A DNA stretch of 64,000 bases from Cycas panzhihuaensis (lineage: Eukaryota; Plantae; Cycadophyta). The notes under the pieces are model-generated. The model saw only the letters and a list, made by a program, of their open reading frames with translations, had not been told where the DNA came from and made no database searches. Made by a program: the position numbers and the translations under genes. The DNA lies in NCBI GenBank assembly GCA_023213395.1, contig CM041465.1, positions 136,097,741 to 136,161,740 of the forward strand. Reading direction: 5' to 3'. This document shows, piece by piece, positions 24,661-38,793 of this stretch; within the stretch, counting starts at the first letter, position 1; each line of letters begins with the position of its first letter.

Positions 24661-27600
24661 ATATAATTTCCTTTTATCAAAAAATTAATTCAAGAAAGGA
24701 TCTATAACTAACTTTGAATCTTGAAATGTTATAAATGAGCCTTAATTTGTTCACTTTTAACTAAAACATTATTTTTCCCCACCATCTTTTAAAACTAACT
24801 TTACAATCATGTTTAGAGCCTTTGATTATAAAAAACATCAAAATATATTTATTTTTTTCTAAAAATGATTCTGGAATTTATCCTTTATGAGGTTTCGAGT
24901 ACTTTCATCAACTTTACCCTTCATTTTCTCTGTCATCTGTTATCTAAAGTATGTCATGTGACCACTCTTTTTTATTGTCTCAAAGTTATCTTTCCAACAC
25001 AATTGACGACACCTAATTCTGATATACAAGTAATGAGTTATAATAGAAAATATGTCAGTATATCACGAAAAACTATGAGATCCTTAAGAAATAATATTCA
25101 AAATTTTAAAATTATCAAATTTCATAAATAAAGTTTGTAAAATCAAAAAATTATCCAATTTGATTAACTCTATTTTAGAGTTCACCCCCTTCATGCCTAA
25201 GCCCCTGGTCATGTGCGCTCTACATGTGACCATCAATTAACAAATAAGGCTTAAACTTGTAACTCAAAAAAATATCAAAACTAATTAAATTTAAAAATTT
25301 TGGATGTGATTTTTTTATTATTTTAAACATTATATGTATCTATTTTTCCATCTACAAGTTTGTCCACATACAAAAAACTTCTCCAGACATAGCAATTTTG
25401 GTGTTTATTGAATATTTATAAAAAAAAAAATTGATTTGTTCTTTGTGTGGGTAGCTTTACATGTAGGGCAATATATTTGATCTGATTGTTCTTCTCCATG
25501 GAGGCATTTCAACATATAGGGAAACTATCTTTTAGCGTGAGTGTGAATCTAATCTCATCAATCTAGGTGGCTTTGGTTCAATGGTATGGCATTCAATAGA
25601 AGGATATTTGAATAGGCTACTTTCCATTGAGCATCTATAATTATAATTCTTTATCATTAGATTGTGGATCACTTTCTTCTCTGTAGATAACTTGGCATTA
25701 AGCATAGTTGTGGTGTATAATTTTGTGATTGCCTTTACATGGATATGGCCATGCTTTCTCTCTTATGTTGAGCATAGCATCTTCCTCTTTCAGTTGTATG
25801 TGACTCTATAGCATGGGAAAACTACATCGATACTAAGAGTGTGATCTCTATTAGTGATGTGTTACATCATAGGTGACTATACAAATTTTTTTTCTCCATG
25901 ATTTATGTATTGACAACTGGTTTAATATAAGCCATGGACATATTCTCTAAATTGTTCGGTGGAATTTCCATGGAGGATGGTTACATTACTATGTGGAGTA
26001 GTTTCTTCATCTATTTATCTTTGACCAAGATTATAAGTATTTGTATCCTCTTGGCTACCTATTTTCTCCTTGAATTTAGTCGATCGTAGCATGGCAAGAT
26101 TCTTACTTTAAGGGTTATGGCATGGACAGATCTTCAGACTACAAGTAATAATGACTGAGATTCACTCAAAGCAACTAGCAGGGATTTACATAATGGAATT
26201 CTTATATTCCTCATGTTCAATTCATCGTAAATATTATAAAAATAATTATTTATACAACCATAATTCATAATCAACCCTTGCCATAATCAATTTTTTATGC
26301 CACTATTAAACATTAATATATGTAAATTTGTCCATTTTATCAAAGCATAATAAATTGTAATATGCCTTTTATTTATGCCCTTAATAATGCCATCAACACT
26401 TCATGCCATCATGAAATTTCCTTTTATGTATTGTAATTATGCCTATATAAACAGTTCATGCAACAGTAATATCATCTACTTTTTATAAAATTACCCATGT
26501 AATTAAATATCAGTTGCCACATACCTTTTATTTGTTATCAAAACACTTGTTTCATACATGTCAATATGTTGCCTATTATATTCTTACTAATGGGATAATA
26601 ACTTCATTTTGGCAGTAAATCTCTAATAGAGATGCTTGTAAATGCCTCTAGAGTAGTTTATAAGTGATAGTGAATTCTTTAAGAGAACACTTGCAAAAGC
26701 CTTCACTAATGAATGATCATATCTATTTGGTGGATTCAATTTTATACCTACATGCTTTGAATATGTGCACACTACATGCATAAATAATTGTCTATAATAA
26801 AATTAGCATATCATCATACCATCAATATCTGCTTTATCTCTTGCATGTGGCTAGAAAATTGGTATAACATTGATATATTTAAACTTCTAGCTCATTAAAT
26901 ACACCTTATATTTGGGTCTTATACTAGCTCTGTCATAGTTATGTTACTAGCTCATTATATTAGCTTGATAGGCTATCTTCCCACTGCATAAGATCTTTCA
27001 ACCATGGCTCTGATACCATATTAAAATTTATAATAGTAGAATTAACTCACGAGATATGTACACAAGTAAATGAATTAACATGATAGAGTAAAGTATCAAA
27101 TATACATCAAGTATTCAAAAGCATTCACCATAAGAGAGACATCAAGATTAATACGTAGAAAACTTAGTATCAGAAAAAACATAAGAGAATGTGGAGTTTG
27201 GACTCCTATTATGATCATATTGATTACATCTCCAGGTCTTCAACCTTTCTGAAGTTCTTAAGTGGTGTGTGTATATATTTATAATAATGTTCACCTCATG
27301 AGTAGCGTATGATGTGTCTTAAGACTTTACATCATCTAATAGTATGATTACATGGATATATGTGTATCTCACATATCTCAATGTATATGAATGGTGGAAT
27401 GTGTATGTGTACATCATATATATTAAACATTACATATATGATCAAATCACATATTTCAATATAAATAGTCGCATGTAGGGTTGCTTGGCATTGTTTTGAT
27501 CCTTCTTTAATTTATCATCTACAAAGTCTTATATGTTATAAAAATTAGGTATAATCTTACCTCTCTATTAGAAATTGGTGATGGTTAATCTGTGCTTATA

Positions 27601-28189
27601 GATATATGTTTCAATGACCAACAAGATATTACATCTTGTCCTATATAGGAACAATCCTAGAACCTATGCAGTATTGATGATGCTTAGTCATTATTTTCTT
27701 TTGTTATTACATATTTTATTATTAAATGACAATACTCAAGGGGTAAAAGGTGTTAATAATACTTAGAGGTTTTGTAAGGAAAGACATAGTGTGATTTTAG
27801 GAGATTTGAAAAGAATTGAACACAAGGGTCGTATATAGATAATTGCATAACACTAGAATGAGTAGGGGAAGTGGGGGTCAATAAGTTCATCAACAACAAA
27901 TTTATACATATAGAAAATTTATAGAAGACGTGAGGAGTACTTGGGATTTGAGAGATGATTCAGAAGAGGTGTATGTTTAGGACATGTTTGGTTGGATAAC
28001 TATGGAAATAAAGGAGATATAAGATTAAAGATATATTCTCTCTATGGAAAGGATGTTTATATAGAGGTTTAAAGATAAGGTATGGGTCAAATAGAAGTCT
28101 TGTTTCAGCTAACTATACCCTCTTCTAACATAAACCAAGTCCCATACCTTTTTTTATTTATTACTGGGGTTTGATTACATGATTTCATG

Positions 28190-31100
28190 GTAATCTACTA
28201 ATTGTCATTCGAGCCCTTAAAAAGATCAATCAATATTAAGTTATAGGTTGATCCTCCTCCCAGTCCTAAAGCTAAAACAAACATAAAAATTATCCAATTC
28301 ATTGAATAAAATAAAGACCAAGCCACGAATAATATGCCTCTGAAGAAGGCACCATGGTTTTCTTACTATTAAACAAACATCATGATCAAAATAAGTTTAG
28401 CAAGCTTAAGGCGACCCTTCGTCATGGTCAAGCTAATAAGAAACTTATTTCTAGACCTAATTAAGACCAATTGAATCATAAGAACCCATTGCCTAACCAT
28501 ACCAAGAAGGCACCTAAAGACAAGGGCAAGGCCAAAGCCTTAGATGATAATGACTCTTCAGACTCTAATTTTGAGCCTCCACTTAAAAGCTCTCCCTAAA
28601 AGAGACATGACTTTAGCTAAGTCCTAACAAATATCAACTTTACCTAAATCCTAACAAATTTATCTTTGAAATCACTTTTCAAAAGATGCTTAGTAACATT
28701 ATATCTATAAATGATATCAAGGTTGATCTAGATAAAGTTATAGCTATCATTGAAATGCCTCCACCTCATACTCAACAGCAAGTCAAATCCTTCCTAAGGA
28801 GACTTGGCTTGCTACATCAATTTCTTGTTGATTTTAGTTTTAGTTCTAAGCCTTTAACTAACCTTCTCAATTAAGGTGCTTCTATTGAATGGATCCTAGC
28901 TATCTAAAAATCCTTCGACAAACTAAAATAGGCCTTGATCTCAGCTCCCACACCTTTCCCACCATATTTTAGTAAGACATTCATTTTATATACTTCTTCT
29001 ATGGAGAAATCTCTTGATGCCATGTTGGCCTAAGAAGATGAGTTTACAAGAGAGTGAGCCATTTACGTTATTAGTAGCACTTTGGTTATTATAGAGCTTA
29101 AGTACTCTCCAGAAAAAAGAGTGTTTAATATCACTTTGGTTATTATAGAGCTTAACTACTCTCCATCTAAAAAAGAGTGTTTGGCTTTGGTATATGCTAC
29201 AAAAAAACTACAACATTACCTATTGGGAAACACTACCCTTATGATTATACAATCTAATCCAATCTATCTTCTCCTCACCAAGATTGGCCTTATTAGATAA
29301 GCTGGTAGATGGGGCTTGCTATTACAAGAGTTTGACTTATGAATGGTCAAGTGCAAGTCAAAAAAATGAATGGTCATTACTAAATAGCTTGTTATAACAC
29401 CACTTTCTAATCTTGATCCTATCGATATTAATTACTTACTCCTAGATGAACACATCTTTCATGTTAACATTATTCCCATTGACCTAAACTAGTATAAAGA
29501 TATAGAAGCTTACCTCTTAAATCAAACTTACCCTCATAATGTTGATTCCAAGAAGAGAAGAAGGGTGAGGGCCTCTGCTTACTAATACCTTCTCTTAGAT
29601 GATTTTATTACATTGTCTTTAACCTTATGAAGCCCAAGTCACCCTAGATAAGTACCATGATGGTATTTGTGGTGGCCACTTTAGTGATCAGTCCATAACA
29701 TTATGCATTCTTCGAATGAATTATTGGCCTACTCTATTTAAAGATGCATATTCACATATACAAAATTGTAAGAAATGACAAGCATACTCATCCTTAATTT
29801 ATCAATCAAATACACTTCAGTTATTCCTTTCCCCATGGCCCTTCTCTTAATGGGGCCTTCACCTTATCAGATAAATTTTTCCCCCATCTTTTGTAGGCCA
29901 TAAGTTCACCTTAACTCTAATTCAATACTTCATGAAATAGAGTAAGGTAATTTCCTTAACTATCATAACTAGAAAGGTGATTACCACTTTTATCTTCTAG
30001 CACATCATTTGTAGATTTAGTGCCCCCGATCTCATCATTATGGATAATGGGATTTCATGCTATAATTCTCATGTTGATGAGCTTTATGACAAATTTTACA
30101 TCACACAGATAATGTCATTCCCCTACCACCTATAAGTAAACAGTCAAATAAAAGCCTTTAATAAAACTTTAGCAAAGATCTTAGCCGAAATAATTATTAA
30201 CTCCCAGTGATATTGGCACACTCAACTTTTTCCTATCTTATGGGCTTATCGCACTTCTACTAGAACTATGACTAGAATAACCTTATTATCACTAGTCTAT
30301 AAAATTGAAGTTGTATTCCCATTCAAAATAGAGATTCCTTTACTCAAGGTCTCATTTAAACACTTCATTAATGAGGAATAGTTGAGACAAGCAAGGTTAT
30401 CATAACTTAAAAAGAAGTTGGCCTCAAAAAACTTTTATGGTCTTAAAGCCCATCAAAAGAACTTGACCTCAAAAAATCAAACTCAAGCAACTCATGATAG
30501 TTATTGAAGACCAAGGATATTTTATGTACAGGATAAAGTACTCAAATTTAAATATTTAGATGAAAAATAATAAAAATTTGACTCCAAGTAGCCAGGACTC
30601 TGTCTAATCATTAAAGATTTGAATAATAGGGCTTATCATCTCTCTATGCTTAATAGACTTGAATTTCAAAGGCCAATCAACTCTTAATTTCTAAGAAGGT
30701 ATTATACTTAGACAACTAAGGCTATGCTCCATAATGAGCTTAAACTAAGGCTCTTTAAAAAAAAAAAAAACTCCCTACTAATGAGCTTAAAGTATGGTAG
30801 GTCAAACACTCCTTTTTCCCCCAAGACTCATACTTAGGGGGCACCACTCTAAAAGTGAGTATAAACCAAATATATATACATCATTATCCAAAAAAGAAAA
30901 TGTTTTAAAGTAAATAATAAAAATATACTTATTTCTTTTTCTTTTTTCTACTTTGCTTAAGTCCTCCAAGCTTTTACCTCCCCCCAACTTAGCTCAATAT
31001 GATTGTCTTCAGTTATCATTACAAATGGTTAGCTTCTCCATTTGGTATTCTTTTATTCCCAAGCAACTCCTTTTACTTCAAAATAAGCCATGTATATCCA

Positions 31101-31223
31101 AAGTGCTATCACTTTTTCTTATTCCCTTTAACTGGTCAATAGTTCCTCCTATGCTTTTAATAATCAAAAGATCTTTTAGCTTTTAGTCAATTAGTGAGTT
31201 AAACATTTAATGATCTCCTCATC
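28190..31223 (+). mobile_element. Tat-like Ty3/gypsy copy 1, internally deleted (gag tail joined to late RT, RNase H, integrase, 3' UTR)
   Basis: IKVDLDKVIAIIEMPPP...VKSFL; ELNYSPSKKECLALVYATKKLQHYLLG. DNA is collinear with 48550-48960 and 51146-53335. Confidence 0.9.
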
Positions 31224-34200
31224 TATTGATCCAAATTTAAATAGAAAAGTGAAAATTTAGTCCAATTAAAATAAATTTAGGAATAATATACAATATCATA
31301 TATTATATTTGAAAATATTTTGTTTTCCTTATAAAACTCATTTATTTTTATGCTCTACTAAGCATATACAACACTGCTACAGTAATCTAGGAGTAGAGAA
31401 ATATGTGTTGGGCACATTCTGGGCTACTGCGTACTCTCTGGTGCATTTACCAGTGATCCAAATGTGAAGACTTAGTTGTTGTTTAGCCATGAACCCTCTT
31501 TGGAGAAATATTTCTGCTTAGGTGTCCTCATTGGACTGCTACGGTTATTTTTTATCCTTTGCTAGCTACGTCTAAGCCTTTTTAGACTCTCTAACGCCTC
31601 ACAAATAGATCTAGGCACTTTCCACTACTCCTTCGTATCTATTTTCTCTATCACACTTCTATTTTTCTTTGTTCTCCTGCATAATTATATTTTTTAGAGC
31701 AAAAACTTTTTGGGCTCCTAATTAAAGCCTCTTCCCAATTTTTCTTGCTCCTCACGCTACATCTGCAATTGCTTAGCATTATTCTCTACATTCTGGTTAA
31801 ATCTAGATGAATTCAAAATCTTCTTATGTTCGTTTTATTTTTAAAATCATTTTTTTGTTTCATTTTCCAACTTGCATTTTGATCAGTTAAAAACTAGTTA
31901 AAATCAGTTTAAATCTTTATTTTCTTTCTTCTATTAAGGAGAGGACACTTGTAGGAACATCCTCCTAAATTTTTATGTTAAATGAAGTTTGTTTTCTCCA
32001 ACAAAATGCGATTTTTCGTTAAGCTACCATTTTTGGGTCGTACCATTGATGTGACTAGTCGCACCAACTGTTGGTCTGGTCATACCTCAGGTATGCCTGG
32101 TCACACTGGTTACTAGTCTGGTTACATTAACTACTGGTTTTGTTGTACCAACTACTAGAATGGTCACACCAACTACTGGATTGGTTATACCAACTACTAG
32201 ACTAGTTGTACCAAAATGTAGTTTTTCTATATTTTTAAGAGTTTAAATAACATTTTCCTACCAAACAAAGGTTGGAAACATGAAAAAAAATATTACTAAA
32301 TGCTTTTATACTCATTTTTTAAGAGTATTTTAGATTAATAGATCTGAAATTGGACTAGAACTCCCCTTTTTAAGAGTTCATGGCTTTATGAACCTTATAA
32401 ATATAGATGGAAGAATTTGATTCTTCCTTTCTTCCTATTGTACCATTTTGGTTTGCTAGGCACTTGTCCTTTCTCCACAATCCTAAAGGTCTCAATTATG
32501 CCTCTTTTGGTCCTGCTCTACTTCTTTTGAAAAATGCAATCATTTTACATTAGTTATTCTTTCTCCACTTGTAACTCCTCTAGATTTGGTAAAAGTGGAA
32601 CTCTATCTTCATCTTCATCCAATATGGATGGCTCGAACATCTTCAGATTCTCAATGTTCATGATTGAATACATCTTTATGAATTCTGGAAGCTCAAGTTG
32701 AAAAGTATTTTTCCCAATCTTCTTCATTATTATAAAGGGACCATAATATATAGGCTTTAGTTTTTTACCTTCACCTTGCAATCTTTCCTTGCTGAGATGC
32801 AACTAAACTCGATCTCCTTAAAGGAAAGGTTGTTTCTATTTGCATCATGTCTTTGTTTATATCTCTATTGAGATTTTTCAAGCTGCTCCTCAACCTATTG
32901 ATGTATTTTTCTAGTTCCTTTCCATTTCCTATATAAAGTTGGGCTAAAAATTCTAAATCAAATAGACTTGTAGGTAGAAATCCCAAACATACCTCAAATG
33001 GTGATTTCTAAGTTAAGCCATGGATTGCTTTATTGAAGGCAAATTACAAGAATGGGAGACCCTTATCCCAAGTCTTAGGATACTTGGCATTATATCCTTG
33101 TAATGGTTACACCAACATCCTATTGACGACTTTAGTATGACCATCTATTTGAGGATGAAAGGCTATACAAATCTTCAGTTTTATGTCCACTATTCCCCAA
33201 AGAGTATACCAAAAATGACTTAAAACTCTACTGTCTCTATCAAAAATGATTGAGTTGAGAAGCCCAAAATGCTTCCCAATATGTTGGAAAAACAATATAG
33301 CTATGTCTTCTCATGTATGTATCTTCCTATAGGGAATTAATACCACCATTTTATTAAATCAATCAACAACTATAAATAAATAATCTATACCATTTTTGGT
33401 ACGTGGTAGTCCTCCGAGGAAATCCATGGATATATTTTCCCATGGTCGTGATGGAACAAAAAGTAAAGTATACAATCTAAACTTTCTATTGACCAACTTT
33501 GATGTGTTACATAATACACATCCTCATATTATTGTAGTCATGTCCTACTGCATATTGGGCCAATACATATATCACTATAAATTTAGTAATATTTTTCCCA
33601 CTCCAAAGTTTCCTACAACTTGAGAGGTGTGAGCTTCTCTTACCCACTTCATTTGGTTTACATGCTTTGGAATGTAAAGCTTATCATGCTTGAAAAGTAG
33701 ACTATCTTTCAACTAAAAATTAGTAACTATTTTTCCTTATTGTAGTTGTTCCAAGATAGGCTTGAATGCCTCATCTTCTAAGTACAAATCAACATATTCA
33801 TCATGGAAGAAAGGTTGAAATTAGAAAGCTACTAACAAGCTAGAAATACCTTGTTATTGAGGAGGTCTAGACATCAAGTCTATAATTTTGTTTGTTGTGT
33901 CTTTCTTGTATTTGACCATGATATGAAACTACTAAAAATAGGACATCTACTTCATGTGTCTAGCTTACTACAATTTGGATTGTGTTTGCAAGAATTACAA
34001 AGGCTTATGATCGGTGTGGATGAATACCTCTTTTACCAATAAATAAGGTCTCTAATACTTAACTGCTTGGTGCAATGCATAGAGCTCCTTATCATAAGTT
34101 GGGTAGTTTATGATAGTTCCATTAAAAGTTTCTAAATAGTATGTTATTGGTCTTCCCTTTTGCTTTAATATTGCTCCCATGGCATATCCTAAAGCATCAG

Positions 34201-37100
34201 CCTCTAATTTGAATGGTTTTTGTAATGAAAGTAAGGCTAATGTTGGTGCCTCATAAATTTTTTGCTTTAGAAGCCTAAAGGCTTTCTCTTGTTCATTTTC
34301 CCAAAGAAACTTTGTGTTTCCTCCTATCAATGCATAAAGAGATACTACAATTTAAGACAATTTAAAAATAAATTTTCTTAAATATTGACATGTACCAATG
34401 AAACTTCCTACCTCTGTGGTTATCTTGGGTATGGGCCAATTACAAATCACCCTAATCTTTACTGGGTCAATCTTCAATTATTCTCCTCCAACTACAAAAC
34501 CTAAGAAGACAAGAGATTATTTTCTAAACTCACACTTCTTCAAGTTAAGTTTTAGTTGCTACTATTGGAGAACTTTGAGCACTTGCTCAACATGTTGGAG
34601 GTGCTCCTCCTAAGTCTAACTAAAAATTAGAATATCATATAGATAAATAATAATAAAATCATCAATGAAGGGTCTTAATACCTCATTCATCAACCTCATG
34701 AAGGTGTTAGATGCGTTACATAAACCAAAAGGCATCACCATCTATTCAAATAGCCCTTGATTCAATTTGAAGGTTGTCTTCCAAGTGTTCTCCTCCTAGA
34801 TTTAAACCTGATGGTAGACTGATTTCAGGTCTAACTTACTAAAATATCTTGCCAGCTCTAGTTGGTCTAATAAGTCATCTATCCATGGTAGGGAATGTCA
34901 ATTCTTTATGATGATCTTATTCAAAGCCCAATAGTCAATGCATATTCTCCATCCTCCATCTTTCTTTAGCACGCAAACAATAGGTGAACTATAGGAGGAA
35001 CAACTTGGCTTGATCACTTCTTACTCCAAGAGTTCTTAAATTTGCTTCTTAATCTCTTCATTCTCCAAAACTGAGTTTCAGTAGAGACTAAGATCGGGCA
35101 ATGGTGAATCGCCAACTAGTTGGATTTTATGCTTAATTTCCCTTATAGGGGGCAAGCCCTTTGGCTTATATAATACATTATTATACCTATTCCTTAGGCC
35201 TTTAATCTATTGTAATTATTTCTTATCTAGCACGTGTTGAGGACTCTACTTGCTCTTTTTCTTCCACATTCTGCTTCACCATCAACAACACAAATTTCCC
35301 ACAAGCATTAATCAATCCTTTTGCTCATTAGGAGGATATGAAGGAGATCTTCTTTTATGGCTTTGATGCATTGATCAAATATGATTTTCCATCTTTGATA
35401 AGTCGAATCTTTCTTAGCCTTCTATGATGGACTCCATCTCTATCATAGAGATATAGGCTATCAAACACAACTTGACAAACATCCAAAGGAACTACCTTAC
35501 ATTCAACTTCATCAATGAACTTTTTAGAAATTACAAATTTGAACTTACACTTGTGAGTAACCTATAGCTCTGAGTCTTTTTACAGCCATCTAAGAGGATA
35601 TAGATTTGGTTGTGCATACATTTTTAATCACAAATTCTTCAATAACGCCTCTGAGATTAAGTTCTTTTGGCTTCCTCCATCAAAGATGGCATCAACCATG
35701 CTTTGCTTCACTTAGATTCTCACCATAAAGAGCTCCTCTCTAATCTTTGGCTTGACTTGTTCATGGTATTTTTGGGCTCAGCATTAGCCATGAGCATCAA
35801 CTTCTCATTGGCTTTTTCAATGTTACAAATGTCTTCATCTCCAATAGAGTTAAGTAAAGCTTTACCTTCATCTTTGGCTTTACCTTTTCCCTTATTCTTA
35901 GGCTACTTCTCTAGATATAAGAATCAACAATCTTCTATATTGTGACCCCCTCATTTGTAATGCACGCAAGAGACCTTGATTTGAGTAGTATTAGCTTGCT
36001 TCTTCTTACCAAAACCTCAAATTAGTTGTTGTCTAACTTTTCCTAGAAACTTCTTTCTTTGGGCAGGTTTATTGCTACCTTCTTGAGGTGTAAAACTTTT
36101 CCTCTCTATGTACACCTTCTTATTCCTCTTCTCTATGGTGATTGCTTTTTTGATGGCTTTATTAAGCATGTTAACTTCAAATAATTGAAGTTCTTACTAA
36201 ATATTCTGGTGCATCCCACTGATATATTTCAACATTATGTCTTTGCCAAGAAAAGAGATGCCTAACATAATAGCTTACTTCTAAAATTTTGTTGTATATT
36301 CTTGGATATTTTGGCCTCTTTCTTGTTGATAATACTGCCATTTAATCCTCTGTTACTCTTCATACCCAATAGGGTAGAATTATTTCTTTATGAGGGTTTT
36401 AAATCATGGCCATGTGATTTTAGCGACATTATAGGATTTGAGGTATGTATTCCACCAAACTAATGCATGTTTAGACAATTTTAACCTGCAAAAGTGATTT
36501 TATGTTGGTTTTTGTATCCATAAATTGAAAAATATGTTTCTAATCGATCCAACCAATTATCTAACTTTTCAACATCTAAGGTTCCATCATATATGGGCAA
36601 TTCAAGTTTCACATCTACCTTGAATGGATGCACTACCATCGATAGACTGTCATCTTCATCTTCTTTAACTTGCTAGTCTTCTATAGGTTCTTCACATGTC
36701 TCTTCTTTTACTAGTTCATCTTCTTCCTTCTTCTTGCCTTTGGCTATTGAAGAAGATGCATCTTACTAAAGAACTAGTTGTGCCACAAGCAGAGTTAACC
36801 TGTCGAGGTTTTGCTCCATTTTCATGAACCTTTTCTCCATCTCTTGCTTGGATTCAACCATCTTCCTTCGCTGTATGCATTCTTCTTCAAGTAGACCAAT
36901 CAAAGGCCTACCAATCAACTGGTATTGAAACCTAGTTTTCATAAAATATTTTCTCACAGCAAAACAAAGAGGTTTTTTCTCTTGTTTTCTTTAAAAATCC
37001 GTAAACTCCCAAGGGTTTTAAGAAACGAAGCTCTGATACCAAAAATATTGATCCAAATTTAAATGAAAAACTAAAAGCTTAGTATAATTGAAATAAATTC
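31224..37100 (-). mobile_element. Decayed chromovirus-like Ty3/gypsy: 3' LTR ~31224-32340, gag-pol ~32400-36862, 5' LTR stub 37046-37100
   Basis: RH LEADALGYAMGAILKQKGRP...NYPTYDKELYAL; IN DRDSRVLSHFW...AFHPQIDGHTKVVNR; GPY/F KLKPIYYGPF. PBS gctctgatacca at 37030-37041. Both LTRs start tattgatccaaatttaaat. Confidence 0.9.
32056..32213. repeat. Degenerate ~21-bp tandem repeat (consensus ~ggtcacaccaactactggatt, 7-8 copies)
   Basis: Recurring accaactactrg and ggtyayac at ~21-nt spacing. Confidence 0.8.
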
Positions 37101-37104
37101 AAAT

Positions 37105-38793
37105 TTTAGAAGAGGATTCGATGCATGTAGGGTTTCGACGGTGACCTACGTTCTATAATGGTGACCTGTGTGTAGGTTTTTTACAGTTGCGGACCTATAG
37201 AACTAGATCGAGATGGGGAGGCCCCATTGCTAGGCTAGCTGGACATAGATTTTGGGCCCTAGTCACCATTGATTCCAGCCTTGCTGTAACGTGAGGGAGC
37301 AACTCAAGGGTGATAGTTGCCAGTGGAGACGAAGACTATCCGAAAAGAGTGTTGAGTTAGTATGTCCCCCAGCTAAAGATCAACTGTGCTGAAGAATAGC
37401 CACACTCTAGCCATTGATATCAAGGTAGTTGGGATGTTCTCAAGCTAGCCTGATAGTGTATGTGGTGAATACAATACAGAGTCTAAGGAGGAGGCTGATC
37501 TCATAAGTTTATTGGCTATGGTAAGTGTAAGTAGTCAGTTTTGTTTCTTTATTTTCTTTTAATATGGAGAAGGATCAATCCCATAAAAACCAATTACATA
37601 ATCCCTCACAAGGTAGATCTTATTATGATATATTAAGATCTGCTGATGAGGAAGTTTACGATTTAACTCCTATTAGTCAAGATGACAAAGTTAGACTGAA
37701 AATCCCCAACAGATTAGTGGAAAGAACAGAGAGATATTGGGAGAATTGCCTGCTTGGTAGATTCTCTGGGTCTAGACCTGGCCTAGAAGCTATTAGAAGC
37801 TAGACTAGGAACAAATAGAAGATAGTGGGAAATGTAGAAGTCATAGCAATGCCAAAGGGCTGTGTTCTTTTCAAATTTGTATCCCATGAAGATATGACCA
37901 ATATTCTCCTAAAGGCCCCCTAGATGTTAGGGAGAAAAGCACTAATTCTAGAAAAATGGCACAACGACTTTGATCCTTCAGTCCCTAGGGTTAAGCAAGC
38001 TCCCATTTAGATCTAGTTGCCTAATCTCCCATTGTAACATTGGAATATGGAGGTATTAAAGGGGATGGCGAAAGTCATGGGTCCTCTCCTAACAGTGGAC
38101 TCAACGACCAAAAATATAAGCATACTCATTAACGCCAGGTTTTGTGCCCTAGTTAGGATAGACAAACCCCTTCTGGATGAAGTATGGATCGATATGGAAG
38201 ATTGGAGTTGGGCCCAACCCTTAATATACAAGATGGAAAATTTTAGATGTTCGATCTGCAGGAGATTAGGTCACTTACCCCAGAAATGCCTAGGTGAAAA
38301 GAATATAGAGGGATGAAATTAGGAAGGAAACATAGAGTTGAATGACAATCCCCAAAAGGTGATAGATCCTCATGATCAAGCGCAAGGTGAGTGCCCCTAT
38401 GAGGTGCAAGGTGAATGTCTTCCCGAGGTACAAGGTTATAGCCCTCCTAAGGAGCAAGTTGATTGTCCTCTAGTGATGTAAGGCATGAGCCCACACCATG
38501 GGGTAAAGGATCTTAAGTTTAATCCTAACGAGGAGAACACTCTTTCTAAGGGGAATGAGCAGGATGCTTAGACACTAGGTCTACTCAAATTATTAGATGG
38601 GGAAGGTATTCTAGAGGAAGCTACCCCAGTTGGACTGGGTGAGTTGAACCCATCCCATATGGCCCAACAAGAAGAGGCCCAGAAAAAGATTCTACATGTT
38701 GGATCTGAAAAGCGGGTGGGTAGACACCCCCTGAAATTAGTTAGGGAAAGGGAAGTTGCAGCCCAGGTGGACCAGGGTAATTAGAAAACCCTC
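37105..38793 (+). mobile_element. L1 LINE fragment (LINE-C): 5' UTR and ORF1 only
   Basis: ORF1 from 37564 (GRSYYDIL...WENCLLGRFSGSRPG; RCSICRRLGHLPQKC). Ends abruptly in the ORF1 C-terminal motif. Confidence 0.88.

Larger units (their letters stand above)
18891..24704 (-). mobile_element. Near-full-length L1 LINE with RNase H (LINE-B), truncated within the 5' UTR
   Basis: Perfect 18-bp TSD taactaactttgaatctt (18873-18890 and 24705-24722). Short A-tail after CTTATC. Confidence 0.95.
17618..27461 (-). mobile_element. Decayed Ty1/copia element with 443-bp LTRs (17649-18091, 27019-27461), interrupted by LINE-B
   Basis: The LTRs align end to end. PBS gctctgatacca at 27007-27018. PPT ttcccccttaa at 18092-18102. 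TSD TAAAT at 17613-17617 and 27462-27466. Weak integrase-like remnants near 25600-26000. Confidence 0.88.

Noticed and set aside
27470-28190. Unassigned AT-rich stretch
   Set aside because: No ORF, terminal motif or internal homology that I can support; probably decayed retroelement.
32056-32213. CRISPR-like periodic repeat
   Set aside because: Degenerate contiguous units with no unique spacers and no cas genes, inside a plant LTR.
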